DNA of 64,000 nt from Arenicellales bacterium (GTDB lineage: Bacteria > Pseudomonadota > Gammaproteobacteria > Arenicellales > JAHEKD01). Below the pieces are notes generated by a model. That model was given only the letters and a program-made list of their open reading frames with translations. It was not told the DNA's origin and ran no database searches. The position numbers were made by a program, and so were the translations under genes. The number at the start of each line of letters is the position of its first letter. Position 1 is the stretch's first letter. This document shows, piece after piece, positions 1-9,710 of the stretch. Location of the stretch: contig JANQSD010000019.1 in the NCBI GenBank assembly GCA_028284225.1, positions 270,762 to 334,761 on the forward strand, in the 5' to 3' direction.

Positions 1-618
1 TTAGCCTTTAAACTAAATGTAGCCCGACATCGTTTAGGTTTGATTACCCCGGAAATACAACAAAAAATCGTTAATGCCCATGAGTTATTGAAGCAGGAAC
101 TTGGCGATGAAAATGATTTGATTGATTTCAATGGTGATGAAAAAGTCTCCAGCCACTTGACGATTCAGGACAATATTTTATTTGGTCGGGTTGCATACGG
201 TCAGGCCAATGCCCAGCAAAAAGTCGGCAAACTAATTCAAAAAGTTATCAGCGAGCTGGATTTAAAACAACAGATCATTGAAGTTGGGCTGGATTATTCT
301 GTAGGCGTTGGTGGTGCTAAACTGACCTCAGCTCAACGGCAGAAACTTACGATTGCCAGAGCCTTAATCAAAAATCCTCAAATTTTGATCGTCAACGAAG
401 CCACAACCATTCTCGATGGTAAAGTTGAGAAGGCACTGATTGAACGAATCCTTGAGATTATGCAAGACAAGAAAGTCATCTGGGTATTGAGCAACACTGA
501 TTACATCGACAGCTTTGATAAATTATTAGTCTTGGACAAGGGCAAGCTGGTCGCTGAAGGCAGCGTCGAAGAAGTAAGCAGCCAACCGGACATCATGGAC
601 AAATTAGTGCACAACTAA
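1..618 (+). CDS. ABC transporter ATP-binding domain, C-terminal fragment (5' end lies outside the window)
   Basis: The frame is open from nt 1. The sequence resembles ABC exporter NBDs ('QDNILFG', 'LTSAQRQKLTIARALIKNPQILIVNEATTILD'). The signature (LTSAQ for LSGGQ), Walker B (IVNEAT for ILDEAT) and H-loop region (VLSNTD) all look degenerate. Confidence 0.8.
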   Translation, partial: LAFKLNVARHRLGLITPEIQQKIVNAHELLKQELGDENDLIDFNGDEKVSSHLTIQDNILFGRVAYGQANAQQKVGKLIQKVISELDLKQQIIEVGLDYSVGVGGAKLTSAQRQKLTIARALIKNPQILIVNEATTILDGKVEKALIERILEIMQDKKVIWVLSNTDYIDSFDKLLVLDKGKLVAEGSVEEVSSQPDIMDKLVHN

Positions 619-853
619 GTGATTTTCGGAATTTCTTAAACCCAACCATTCCCCGGATACCGGGTTTTGTCCGGCACAAGCTCATTCCGGGATCTGCAAA
701 TCACAATGATTCGATTAAAAGATTCCGCAACAAGTGCTGGAAATGATGCTGCCTTTAATAAATACATTATCTTTAAACTTTTAAAACCATACATCAGTGC
801 CTTTCAAGCATATTAGTACAAACACCAAGAAACCGACAAAATTCTCTTCTTTC

Positions 854-878
854 GTCATACCCGCGAAGGCGGGTATCC
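854..878. repeat. REP-like hairpin repeat GTCATACCCGCGAAGGCGGGTATCC
   Basis: Intergenic palindromic unit (ACCCGC-GAA-GCGGGT) with the GTCAT...ATCC frame shared by the other dispersed repeats in the window. Related units lie at about 640-700. Confidence 0.7.
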
Positions 879-946
879 AGTATATTTAGACATAAGTAGA
901 CACCGGATCACCGGTCATAGCAAAAGAAATCAACAGGACAACAACC

Positions 947-2005
947 ATGCAATACCGAAAACTCGGCCACACAGATATTGAAGTCAGTCTGATCTGTCTG
1001 GGTTCAATGACCTGGGGTGAACAGAACAGCAGAGAAGATGCCTTTGAGCAACTCGACTTCTCGCTGGCTAACGGTATCAACTTTATTGATACCGCAGAAA
1101 TGTACGCCGTACCACCACGCGAGCAGACCTACGGCCTGACTGAACAATATATTGGTGATTGGTTTAAACACAGCGGCAAACGTAACGAGGTTATTCTGGC
1201 AACCAAAGTTATGGGTAGGGCAGGTCGATTCCCCTATGCGCGTCCACATTTGCATGATGGAGAAACCCGGCTTGATAAACAAAGCATTTTGGAAGCCTGC
1301 AATGCCAGCCTCAAACGCTTACAAACGGATTACATTGACCTTTACCAACTGCACTGGCCTGACCGACAAGTTAACCTATTCGGTCAGCTTGGCTACAGCT
1401 ACAATCCTGACGATGATCCAGTGCCACTGCTAGAAAGCCTGGAAGTGCTGAACGAACTGGTCAAAGCGGGTAAGGTCAGACATATTGGTTTATCCAACGA
1501 AAGCCCATGGGGCACCATGAAATGTCTGCGGTTGGCTGAAAAACATGACCTGCCCAGGCTGGTGTCCATTCAAAACCCTTACAATCTGCTCAATCGTGCT
1601 TATGATTTCGGTATGTCAGAAGTTTCCTGCCTGGAACAAGTGGGCCTACTGGCCTATTCACCGCTGGCAATGGGCGTGTTATCCGGCAAATATGAAAACG
1701 GCGCCCGACCTCAAGGCTCTCGCATGCAACTGTTCGGCCACTACTTCACCAAATACATCGCCGATGATGTTATAGCAGTAGTCGATCAGTATGTTGCCAT
1801 CGCCCGTGAACATGGCCTTGATCCATCTGTAATGGCCCATGCCTTTGTCAACCAACAACCGTTCACCACCAGCAATATCATCGGAGCCACCAAGCTCGAT
1901 CAAATCAAAACTGCACTGGATTCAGTCGAGACACAATTATCAGAGGAATTGCTATTGGAGATTGCACAGGTGCACAGTCGTTACCCGCATCCGTTGAGTA
2001 TGTAA
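947..2005 (+). CDS. tas: Aldo/keto reductase, Tas-like NADP(H)-dependent oxidoreductase
   Basis: 352 aa. N-terminus 'MQYRKLGHTDIEVSLICLGSMTWGEQNS...GINFIDTAEMY' and the length are typical of the AKR Tas subfamily. Confidence 0.85.
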   Translation: MQYRKLGHTDIEVSLICLGSMTWGEQNSREDAFEQLDFSLANGINFIDTAEMYAVPPREQTYGLTEQYIGDWFKHSGKRNEVILATKVMGRAGRFPYARPHLHDGETRLDKQSILEACNASLKRLQTDYIDLYQLHWPDRQVNLFGQLGYSYNPDDDPVPLLESLEVLNELVKAGKVRHIGLSNESPWGTMKCLRLAEKHDLPRLVSIQNPYNLLNRAYDFGMSEVSCLEQVGLLAYSPLAMGVLSGKYENGARPQGSRMQLFGHYFTKYIADDVIAVVDQYVAIAREHGLDPSVMAHAFVNQQPFTTSNIIGATKLDQIKTALDSVETQLSEELLLEIAQVHSRYPHPLSM

Positions 2006-2018
2006 TTTTGTTTATGCT

Positions 2019-2050
2019 ATAGATGCCTTACCTTGCGATAAGGCATCTAT
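2019..2050. terminator. Hairpin between convergent genes (candidate bidirectional terminator)
   Basis: 12-bp perfect stem ATAGATGCCTTA / TAAGGCATCTAT with an 8-nt loop, T-rich on the 3' side. It lies between the tas stop and the protease stop. Confidence 0.6.
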
Positions 2051-2099
2051 TTATGGTGTTATTTGCAGAATTACAACTGCATGGTAGTTAGGAATAGAA

Positions 2100-5000
2100 C
2101 TAATCAACCAGTACACTTATAAGTTCCTTACGTTCAAAACGGGTATTCGAAACTTGTGATGTTCCGTTGGTTGTAACGACAATATTATGGCTTCCACGAA
2201 CTTTAGTCTGATTAAGTTGGGCAAAAGCCACACCACTGCTAATCATGGAATCAGATATGCCGTTTGCTGAGCGTAGCGGTGGTTGAGTTAAGTTTCGTCT
2301 TGCCAATCCTGATAAATCAGCCCTTAGACCCGTACTTTCTAATAATCTGGGCTGATCAAATCTTGGTGTGGCATTAGCATCAAGTACTGGATTGTTGAAG
2401 ACATTTCCAGCACCTTGTGAAATACCGTTAAAATTAGGAACCAAGTGTGATAAGCCTCTATCTCTTAACTCGCCTAATCTCAATTCCCGCACGGAAAGAT
2501 TGTTTACTTCAGGTGCAAAAATATCTATACCGTCACTTGCTTGGAGTTGATCTCGGAGAATATTGAACTTGGCAAGATTTGGGTCAATATCCCTGGACCT
2601 TTGAGGGTCTATTGAAATGTTCCCAAGCTGGGTTCTATATTTTTGTGCAAGATCATCAAACGAAAACATAGGCGCGACTGCCTTTAACTTGGAACGGAAT
2701 CCAGTAATAGGCTCTTGACCGTCAAAAACCTGAAATGCAACTCGCAAAGGTGCGTTCAAGGCAATTCGCTGCTTGAGTGTAGGCAACACAAGCTTAATCC
2801 CTGAGCGAACAAAACCACCTAAAGTATATGGAGTATGCTGTTGCCTGGTGGTTTCCACCTCGACATGCCAGCGGCCGGACATGGGTTCTTGAATTTTAAA
2901 AATAACATATCCCTTGCCGACGATTCGGCGCACATAAGAACTGTTATTCGCGAGCAGTTTTCCGTTTGGGTCACGCAAACGAATATTGATGTCTCGATCT
3001 CGTCGGGGATCACGCGCTACATAGCGCAGCGATTCATCTCCCCAGGTTAGGGTAAATGTCACTTCTTCGGTCAACGAGTCAACAAACGCCGCAATTCTGC
3101 TTCTTGATGCCATAGCTGACTCATTAACAATTATCCCTGTACTGGTGACTTGCCCACGAATGTAGTTATATATCTCAAACAAATCATCAATAGTCGGCAT
3201 AAAATAGTACCGGCCGCCCGAGTCATTGGCCAATTGCCGTAACAGATCTTGATCCGAGTTCGGCCCCATCGCACACGTGTAAATGGGTGTGTCAGCGGGC
3301 AACATACCGGCTGCCTGAATAGCGGATGGACGTGCAGGATCAGACATCGCACAGCCTTTGTTGTCGTAGCCATCAGACAACAACACCATAGCCGGGGTGC
3401 CCGTAGCGGAATCCAGTAGATCTCGTGCCTTGAGGATGCCGTCTCCCATATAGGTGCAACCTTCAAATGTCACACTATCCACAGCACTCTTGGCTGCATT
3501 TTTGATGGGATCACCGCTGATGAGTTGTAAATCGTCAGGAGAAGCCGGGTCGGAGTATTCGATTTGACCGTCATCGCCGAAGCTGACCACACCGACCTCA
3601 TCATTGATATTCATGGAGTCGAGAAATTGCTTGCTGGCGGTTCGAGTGATATCCACATAACCACTGCTAACCATACTACCGGAGCGGTCTAATACCGGTA
3701 CCACGCTCACGGGGGCAGCTGCAGGCACATCTGCATTATCGATAACCATGGCGAAATCCTGCCACGGCATAATAATATCGGGTCGTGCACTGGCTGCAAT
3801 ATTCTGAGCAATGATCCGTACCTCGTAGACACCAGCAGGGTTCAGAATATAAACACATTCAACGTTGTTTACATCATCAAAATCATCACCGGAATCAGCA
3901 ACAGAGAAACCATTACTGAATGCGTTGCCTTTATAAATGTTACCGGTTGCTAATTCTGTTACTTCCAAATCCAGATCATTTACCAGGGCAGGATTAGCAC
4001 CATCTGCTGCAGCCGCATCCGTCCAGGCAAGAGTAATCCTCATCGGTCGGGCATTATCGGCTGGTGCGATATTGATCTGATATTCCTGCCCATTAGCGGT
4101 AAAAGCTTGCCGTTGGTCAGTGAATAACTTTGGGCCTCGATCCGAATCTGGAGCCTGAAGCACCATATTGGATAAGCTTACCCGTCCCCAACCTTGAGCG
4201 TTATTGGGAACAGCTGCCAGAGGTTGGGCGTCATCAACAAGGTATAGAAGATATTTTGTTGTGCCAGAAAAAGCTATACCTTGAGGACGATAAGTAATAA
4301 GGTCTGTAGCACTATCGTAAAACCAGTCGCCTGGATTGATGACATCGGCACTTGTGGCTACACGGTTTATAATATTAAAGCCATTTACACTTAGCTCGAC
4401 GATCCTTGATGGGGCGATAGAGGAGGGCCCTTTAGGGTCAGTAGGGTCAGCGGCAGTTCCCAAATTCAAAACAATCTGCAACGGTCCAACGGTTTGTATT
4501 GTATCGGTAGAAGTAAGTGCCAATCGTCGCCAATCCTCACCGCCTGCACAGTCTTCAGCGCCATTTACAAGTAAAGCCTTTAGCATCGCCTGGCTGGGTG
4601 TTTGCCCACCGGTGCGATTTCGCCACCACTCGATCAACAACGCACACAGCCCACTGACATGGGGTGCTGCCATTGAGGTGCCGGTAAGTGCAGTATGTTG
4701 CCCATGCTCGATACCTCCAGTATCCCGATAAGGGCCATATGGGGCCTGTGTTCCCGGAGTTGCCGGATCAGTATCCACTGTGGAGCGTGTGGCTACAATA
4801 TTTGTTCCCGGGGCCACTACCGTTGGAAGAATTCGCTCATCAGGAGCAGGACCACGGCTTGAACTGCCATCAATGCTGCGAATATCATCTGATGGAAATA
4901 ACTCATTAGGACGCGAATTAAGAGAATTGCCGACTACAATTATATTCTTGGCAAGTTTAGGATAAGTAATACTTCTTGTTCTTCCCCCTCTGTTGCCAGC

Positions 5001-6311
5001 AGAAAAGACTATGGCTAATTTCTCCAAATCAGAAGTTCCTACATCCGGGTCACGCACACCTTGGTCAATGTTTCTGGCTAGTGTTGAATAAGTCGTATCG
5101 ATAGATCCGCCCCAGCTATTATTCATCACATCAACATTATTTGTTGCCATTGCTTGAATCCAGTTGACAGGCGTAGTCGTGACAGTAGCGTCGTCTGGGT
5201 CTTGGATTGGATTAATACTACCAAAGCGGGCTTCTGGGGCTACACCTTGGCCTAATTGAAAGCCTTGCGGATCAGCTTCACCACTTGAGGCATTACCTAA
5301 GGCGATCCCAGCTACATGAGTGCCATGGCCATCAGTATCGGTTGTAACACCTCCACCAGTTTGATCAGCAAAAAAGTCCATGCGCCCAGCCAGATCAGGA
5401 TGCATGGTCGCATTGTCATGAGAATCTATCCCGCTATCACAGATACCAATAACAGTTCCTGCACCGGATAATTCAACATCATCCAGCGTGTCTTGATACC
5501 CAAGATTAGGCCCTGTATTTGGTAAAGGTGTTCCATTCAAATCTTCTGCAATAATCTGACAAGACCGTTCATCTTCAAGTTCCAGTGGAGGCCTGTGCTC
5601 AATCCAGCGCACATCAGGTAAACGAGCCAGCTCATCAAGTGAATCTGCGTCTATTTCAATGGTCAGAATCTGGTAGTTGTCATGCGGGTTTACTTTTACA
5701 CCTTCTTCAAAAATAATTGTACCGTTAAGGCGTTCGATCTCTGCACGCACAGCCTCAGTATCACCATCCTTATAAATACTGATGCTTACATATTTTAAAT
5801 TTCCATCCAGGCCATTTAAGTTAGCAGAGAGTCGGTAAGCAGGTTTGAATTCTCCAGTCCATGCAATGAATGGCAGGTCCTCTAATGACTTGATGACATC
5901 CTGCGAACCAATTACGAAAGTACCATAGGGAGGAATAGGTTCAACAATTGTGATCCCTCGATCCTCAAGCGCGGCAATCCATTCTTGTTCCGGGTAACTG
6001 ATGAATTGGATTAAGAAATGTTGCCAATCATCCTTTAGCTCCTGTGGAACTTCTAAATCTGCTTTTAAATCGGGCAAATCTGCTTCAATATTGATTGTAT
6101 AAGCACCGATATTCAGAAGATTGACATTGCCTAGCCGTTTGACACGAAAACCTTGCTTTTGCAGTTCTGCGATTTTAGTTTGCTCTAAGTCCTGGGTCAG
6201 TACTCTTGCGTTAATAACTTGTTCTATTTTAATGTCAAACTTTGATTCGAGGGAATCTGCTTGTAATTGAGCTCTACGATCTCTAGAACTAATAAGAAAT
6301 TTATCTGTCAT
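2100..6311 (-). CDS. Giant subtilisin-family (S8) serine protease fused to a von Willebrand A domain, with no N-terminal signal peptide
   Basis: 1403 aa. Triad motifs 'ICDSGID', 'DGHGTHVAG' and 'GTSMAAPHVSG'. A P-domain-like region follows ('GWGRVSL...ITLAWTD'). vWA MIDAS 'VLDRSGSM ... VLLSDGYDN'. N-terminus 'MTDKFLISSRDRRAQLQ' is hydrophilic. GGAGA SD upstream of the ATG. Confidence 0.9.
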   Translation of the reverse strand: MTDKFLISSRDRRAQLQADSLESKFDIKIEQVINARVLTQDLEQTKIAELQKQGFRVKRLGNVNLLNIGAYTINIEADLPDLKADLEVPQELKDDWQHFLIQFISYPEQEWIAALEDRGITIVEPIPPYGTFVIGSQDVIKSLEDLPFIAWTGEFKPAYRLSANLNGLDGNLKYVSISIYKDGDTEAVRAEIERLNGTIIFEEGVKVNPHDNYQILTIEIDADSLDELARLPDVRWIEHRPPLELEDERSCQIIAEDLNGTPLPNTGPNLGYQDTLDDVELSGAGTVIGICDSGIDSHDNATMHPDLAGRMDFFADQTGGGVTTDTDGHGTHVAGIALGNASSGEADPQGFQLGQGVAPEARFGSINPIQDPDDATVTTTPVNWIQAMATNNVDVMNNSWGGSIDTTYSTLARNIDQGVRDPDVGTSDLEKLAIVFSAGNRGGRTRSITYPKLAKNIIVVGNSLNSRPNELFPSDDIRSIDGSSSRGPAPDERILPTVVAPGTNIVATRSTVDTDPATPGTQAPYGPYRDTGGIEHGQHTALTGTSMAAPHVSGLCALLIEWWRNRTGGQTPSQAMLKALLVNGAEDCAGGEDWRRLALTSTDTIQTVGPLQIVLNLGTAADPTDPKGPSSIAPSRIVELSVNGFNIINRVATSADVINPGDWFYDSATDLITYRPQGIAFSGTTKYLLYLVDDAQPLAAVPNNAQGWGRVSLSNMVLQAPDSDRGPKLFTDQRQAFTANGQEYQINIAPADNARPMRITLAWTDAAAADGANPALVNDLDLEVTELATGNIYKGNAFSNGFSVADSGDDFDDVNNVECVYILNPAGVYEVRIIAQNIAASARPDIIMPWQDFAMVIDNADVPAAAPVSVVPVLDRSGSMVSSGYVDITRTASKQFLDSMNINDEVGVVSFGDDGQIEYSDPASPDDLQLISGDPIKNAAKSAVDSVTFEGCTYMGDGILKARDLLDSATGTPAMVLLSDGYDNKGCAMSDPARPSAIQAAGMLPADTPIYTCAMGPNSDQDLLRQLANDSGGRYYFMPTIDDLFEIYNYIRGQVTSTGIIVNESAMASRSRIAAFVDSLTEEVTFTLTWGDESLRYVARDPRRDRDINIRLRDPNGKLLANNSSYVRRIVGKGYVIFKIQEPMSGRWHVEVETTRQQHTPYTLGGFVRSGIKLVLPTLKQRIALNAPLRVAFQVFDGQEPITGFRSKLKAVAPMFSFDDLAQKYRTQLGNISIDPQRSRDIDPNLAKFNILRDQLQASDGIDIFAPEVNNLSVRELRLGELRDRGLSHLVPNFNGISQGAGNVFNNPVLDANATPRFDQPRLLESTGLRADLSGLARRNLTQPPLRSANGISDSMISSGVAFAQLNQTKVRGSHNIVVTTNGTSQVSNTRFERKELISVLVD

Positions 6312-6571
6312 TTGGTATCTCCAGTAATTGCTTTGGTTATCTGGTTTATATTTTTATTATTAGAATATATTATTAATATATACTCGTATCATAACCAACA
6401 TAAGTCTATGAAAAATATATCTTTAGAAATAGATAATTTATGAAATTAGTCTAGGTTTAGAGAGTTTTGCTTGCTTTTTTAGATATTAATGCTAATTAAT
6501 GATATAAATACTCTGGATTAATATAAGCGAGCTAATATTTACCCTAATGACAGTTAAAACAGGAGGATTAA

Positions 6572-7426
6572 ATGAGTAAAGCTATTATTTTAATTCATGG
6601 TCGTAGTGAGAAACCATCTGAGCAGATCTTGCGTCAATGGTGGCTGCAGTCGATGAATGATGGTCAGGAATTTATCGATCGCCCACAGATTGATGAACAA
6701 GTCGTTCCTATCAAGATGGCCTATTATGCGGATGTTTATCATGGCGAGCCCCTTGCTGAACATGACGTCGATGAGCCTTACCGGCCCCCGGAGGACGGTG
6801 CTATTAAGGAATACAAGGATTCGTTATTTGATTTTTTGCGTGACATCGGCGGTGAGATTGTGGGCGCTGGGATTGATACGTTCGAATCTTTGACAGGGGT
6901 GTTAGGTAATGTGGCTGAACATGTCATCAAAGAACTGCAAGCTGATTTACACAGTTATTATACTGATCAGGCTAATCGTAATACGATTCAGCAACGTCTA
7001 GTAGACCAAATAGTCGACCATCAAAATAATGAAATTATTTTGGTGTCACATTCGATGGGGACGATTGTCGCTTATGATGTCTTGAGGCGTATGGGTAAGG
7101 AACCGGAATTTAACGGGATTGAGGTTGAGCATTTTGTGACATTAGGCTCGCCTTTAGGATTCGCGCCGGTCAAATCGAAAATCTTTGATCAGAATAATGG
7201 AATTTTACGCACGCCGAGTATTGTCAGCCGCAGCTGGAGTAATTTTGCCGATGGCCGCGATATTGTGACCCTGGATACGCGGTTATCGGATGATTTTGAG
7301 CCTAATAGCCAGGGTGTTAAGGTTGTTGATGACAGGGTGGCATGTGATTACCCGGATAATCCGCACAAGTCTTATGGTTACTTGCGGACACCGGAGTTTG
7401 CTGGTTTGTTGAGTGCGTTGCTTTAG
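6572..7426 (+). CDS. Alpha/beta-hydrolase fold protein (lipase/esterase-like)
   Basis: 284 aa. 'ILIHGRSEKP' N-terminal strand, nucleophile elbow 'LVSHSMGT' (GxSxG-type), 'FVTLGSPLG'. AGGAGG SD upstream. Confidence 0.7.
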   Translation: MSKAIILIHGRSEKPSEQILRQWWLQSMNDGQEFIDRPQIDEQVVPIKMAYYADVYHGEPLAEHDVDEPYRPPEDGAIKEYKDSLFDFLRDIGGEIVGAGIDTFESLTGVLGNVAEHVIKELQADLHSYYTDQANRNTIQQRLVDQIVDHQNNEIILVSHSMGTIVAYDVLRRMGKEPEFNGIEVEHFVTLGSPLGFAPVKSKIFDQNNGILRTPSIVSRSWSNFADGRDIVTLDTRLSDDFEPNSQGVKVVDDRVACDYPDNPHKSYGYLRTPEFAGLLSALL

Positions 7427-7451
7427 TTATGTCGAGCAAGGTCAAATCGTA

Positions 7452-8459
7452 TTAGGCTTTTTGTATATACCCAACTGTTTCCTGACGGCTGTTGAGCACG
7501 TCAGGGTGTAAAAATTGTTTGAGTTTTTGACGTGCCTGGTCATCAAGCAAACCCAGTTCATCCAGTAAACTAACCAGTAGAAAATTGATGCCGCGTACTG
7601 AGCCGTCGGCAATTTTTAGTGCCATACCTAACTTTTGTTCGCGATCAACTGCAATGTGATAACCCTCGGCACCGATTTTTGCCAATATTCTGCCGTTTGT
7701 CGCATTAGTGAGATGAGCGGCAAGTTCATTAGTGCCTGACATATATTCCGGGTATTCTGCAATAGCATGTTGCAGTTGTTGTGATGCATCTGATTTGGAT
7801 TCACCAAGGCTTTTATGATCAACAAATTTTGCCATAGCATATGCCATGTCTTTTAGTTTTAGTGCCGGTGCAGGGAAACCGCATCCGTCAATTTGCCAGG
7901 GAAAGTGTGTCGAATCCAGGTTGGTAAAATAACTTAGGTTTTGTTGAAATAGTTGTTGTACCGGGTGCTCAAGTTGATGATAACCGTCTGTCTCAAATCC
8001 CAGGTGCCGGCATACAGTTAAGAAGCCGGTATGCTTGCCAGAACAATTATGAAACACACGATTGCGATCATCATGCTGTCTTAGCCTGCTGTAGAAAGAT
8101 TCCTGGTCAAGTGGATAGTCCGGTCCGCAGGCCAGGTTATCGTTGCCCAAGCCGATCAGCGTTAACCATTTGTTCACTAGCTCAATATGAAAAGGCTCTC
8201 CCATATGCGAGGCACAGGCCAGGGACAAGTGTCGGTTATCAAGGTTGTAAGCTTTGGCAGCACCGGTCTCAACCAGGGCTATGGCCTGAATAAATTTCAA
8301 TGCCGAGCGCGGAAACGTGATCAATTCTGGATTGCCGATCGAATAAATTAATTCTCCCGAGGAATTAACTACCGCTGCGACACCGAAGTGAATACTCTCT
8401 TCAACATCGCCGCGATAGACGCTTACTCTTTTTTCATAATCCATAGGCATTTCTAACAC
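7452..8459 (-). CDS. Asparaginase-family protein (Rhizobium-type asparaginase II family)
   Basis: 335 aa. 'VYRGDVEESIHFGVAAVVNSSGELIYSIGNPELITFPRSALKFIQA' and 'HNCSGKHTGFL' match my memory of that family. The exact start is uncertain (GTG at 8459, ATGs at 8450 and 8444). Confidence 0.65.
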   Translation of the reverse strand: MLEMPMDYEKRVSVYRGDVEESIHFGVAAVVNSSGELIYSIGNPELITFPRSALKFIQAIALVETGAAKAYNLDNRHLSLACASHMGEPFHIELVNKWLTLIGLGNDNLACGPDYPLDQESFYSRLRQHDDRNRVFHNCSGKHTGFLTVCRHLGFETDGYHQLEHPVQQLFQQNLSYFTNLDSTHFPWQIDGCGFPAPALKLKDMAYAMAKFVDHKSLGESKSDASQQLQHAIAEYPEYMSGTNELAAHLTNATNGRILAKIGAEGYHIAVDREQKLGMALKIADGSVRGINFLLVSLLDELGLLDDQARQKLKQFLHPDVLNSRQETVGYIQKA

Positions 8460-8555
8460 ATTAGTTCTATCTGACTTTGTAACTTTTCAATATGAAAGAT
8501 TGATTAAACAGTGTGAGCGCTGACCTGACAGGTCCACCATAGCATGCACTCATCC

Positions 8556-9476
8556 CTATTCATGAGGTTCTTGTCGTTGTTGTGAAGTTGCAATTCCACA
8601 TAGTACCAGTAACAGGGCAGCAATTTCTTGAGGTTCAATTGATTCGCTAAGGAATAGGGCGCCAAAAATGACACCGAAAATCGGCACTAGATAACCTGCC
8701 ATGGAGAAGAATGTATAACCGACCGATATAACCAGCTTTGCCCGAATAACGAATGCCAGTGCTGTCGGAACAATTCCTAAATAGATCACAGCACTTAACG
8801 AGGAGATAGTTGCCTGGGCTATTTCTGAAGGTGGATCAATGATCAATGAAATCGGCACGAACAATGCGGATGCAATCAACAATGAACAGCCAACCAGCAT
8901 CTCCGGTTTCATGAGTTCTATTTTTCGAATAAAAACGGTGGAAAATACATAACAAAACGCCGCTGCGATTGTTGCTAACTGGGGAATAAGGTTCTGACCT
9001 AAGCCACTAAATACATCTACCCCGATAACCACCGATACACCGGAAAAACCCAGAACCATACCGGCCAGCTTGCGCCAGCTGAATTTATCATCAGTGGTGA
9101 ATATTTGTGCTAATACCAGAGAAAAGATCGGACCTGTGGACATCAGGATTGCAGCCATGCCGCTGTCAATAGTCTGTTCGGACCAGGTGATCAGAAAAAA
9201 AGGTATACCATTACCTAAAAGCCCAACAACTAATAACAAAAACCAGGTATCGAGTCGCTTTGGAAATTTATATCCACGAATCAGGCAATATAAGATTAGC
9301 GCTAAAGCACCGACCAATACTCGACCGGTTGCTACTGTTAATGCTGAAATTTCGCTGACTGCTATTTTCATCATCATGAAGGCTGATCCCCAAAGCATTG
9401 CGCACAGGATCAGCAAGAATATATCCGCCAGATTAGCTTGTCTGATGGTGGTTGATGTTTGTGAGATGCTGGCCAT
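8556..9476 (-). CDS. DMT-superfamily (EamA-like) transporter
   Basis: 306 aa with about 10 hydrophobic segments and a duplicated EamA-like architecture. Confidence 0.75.
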   Translation of the reverse strand: MASISQTSTTIRQANLADIFLLILCAMLWGSAFMMMKIAVSEISALTVATGRVLVGALALILYCLIRGYKFPKRLDTWFLLLVVGLLGNGIPFFLITWSEQTIDSGMAAILMSTGPIFSLVLAQIFTTDDKFSWRKLAGMVLGFSGVSVVIGVDVFSGLGQNLIPQLATIAAAFCYVFSTVFIRKIELMKPEMLVGCSLLIASALFVPISLIIDPPSEIAQATISSLSAVIYLGIVPTALAFVIRAKLVISVGYTFFSMAGYLVPIFGVIFGALFLSESIEPQEIAALLLVLCGIATSQQRQEPHE

Positions 9477-9519
9477 TAATTAAATGTTGGTTTCTGTTGT
9501 AAGCCTGAACAGTGATTTG

Positions 9520-9686
9520 GAGATCCTTGCGGTGCTAGCGCTTCAGGATGATGGAGTAACATTGTCATTCCGAGTGTAGCGAGGAATCTCCATGAATGGG
9601 CTTCCAAGTTGAATGGAGCATAAACTTGCATCAAAGCCCGAACAGTAATTGATAGATCCCCACGTCACTTCGTTCCTCAGGATGAT
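9520..9686. repeat. Cluster of three REP-like units (family A: GTCATyCyGA-N-GAGGrATCTC, both orientations)
   Basis: 9520-9552 (reverse), 9564-9591 'GTCATTCCGAGTGTAGCGAGGAATCTCC' (forward), 9654-9686 (reverse). An 8-bp hairpin follows at 9686-9710. Confidence 0.8.
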
Positions 9687-9710
9687 CTGACCACCGAAGG
9701 TTTGGTCAGA

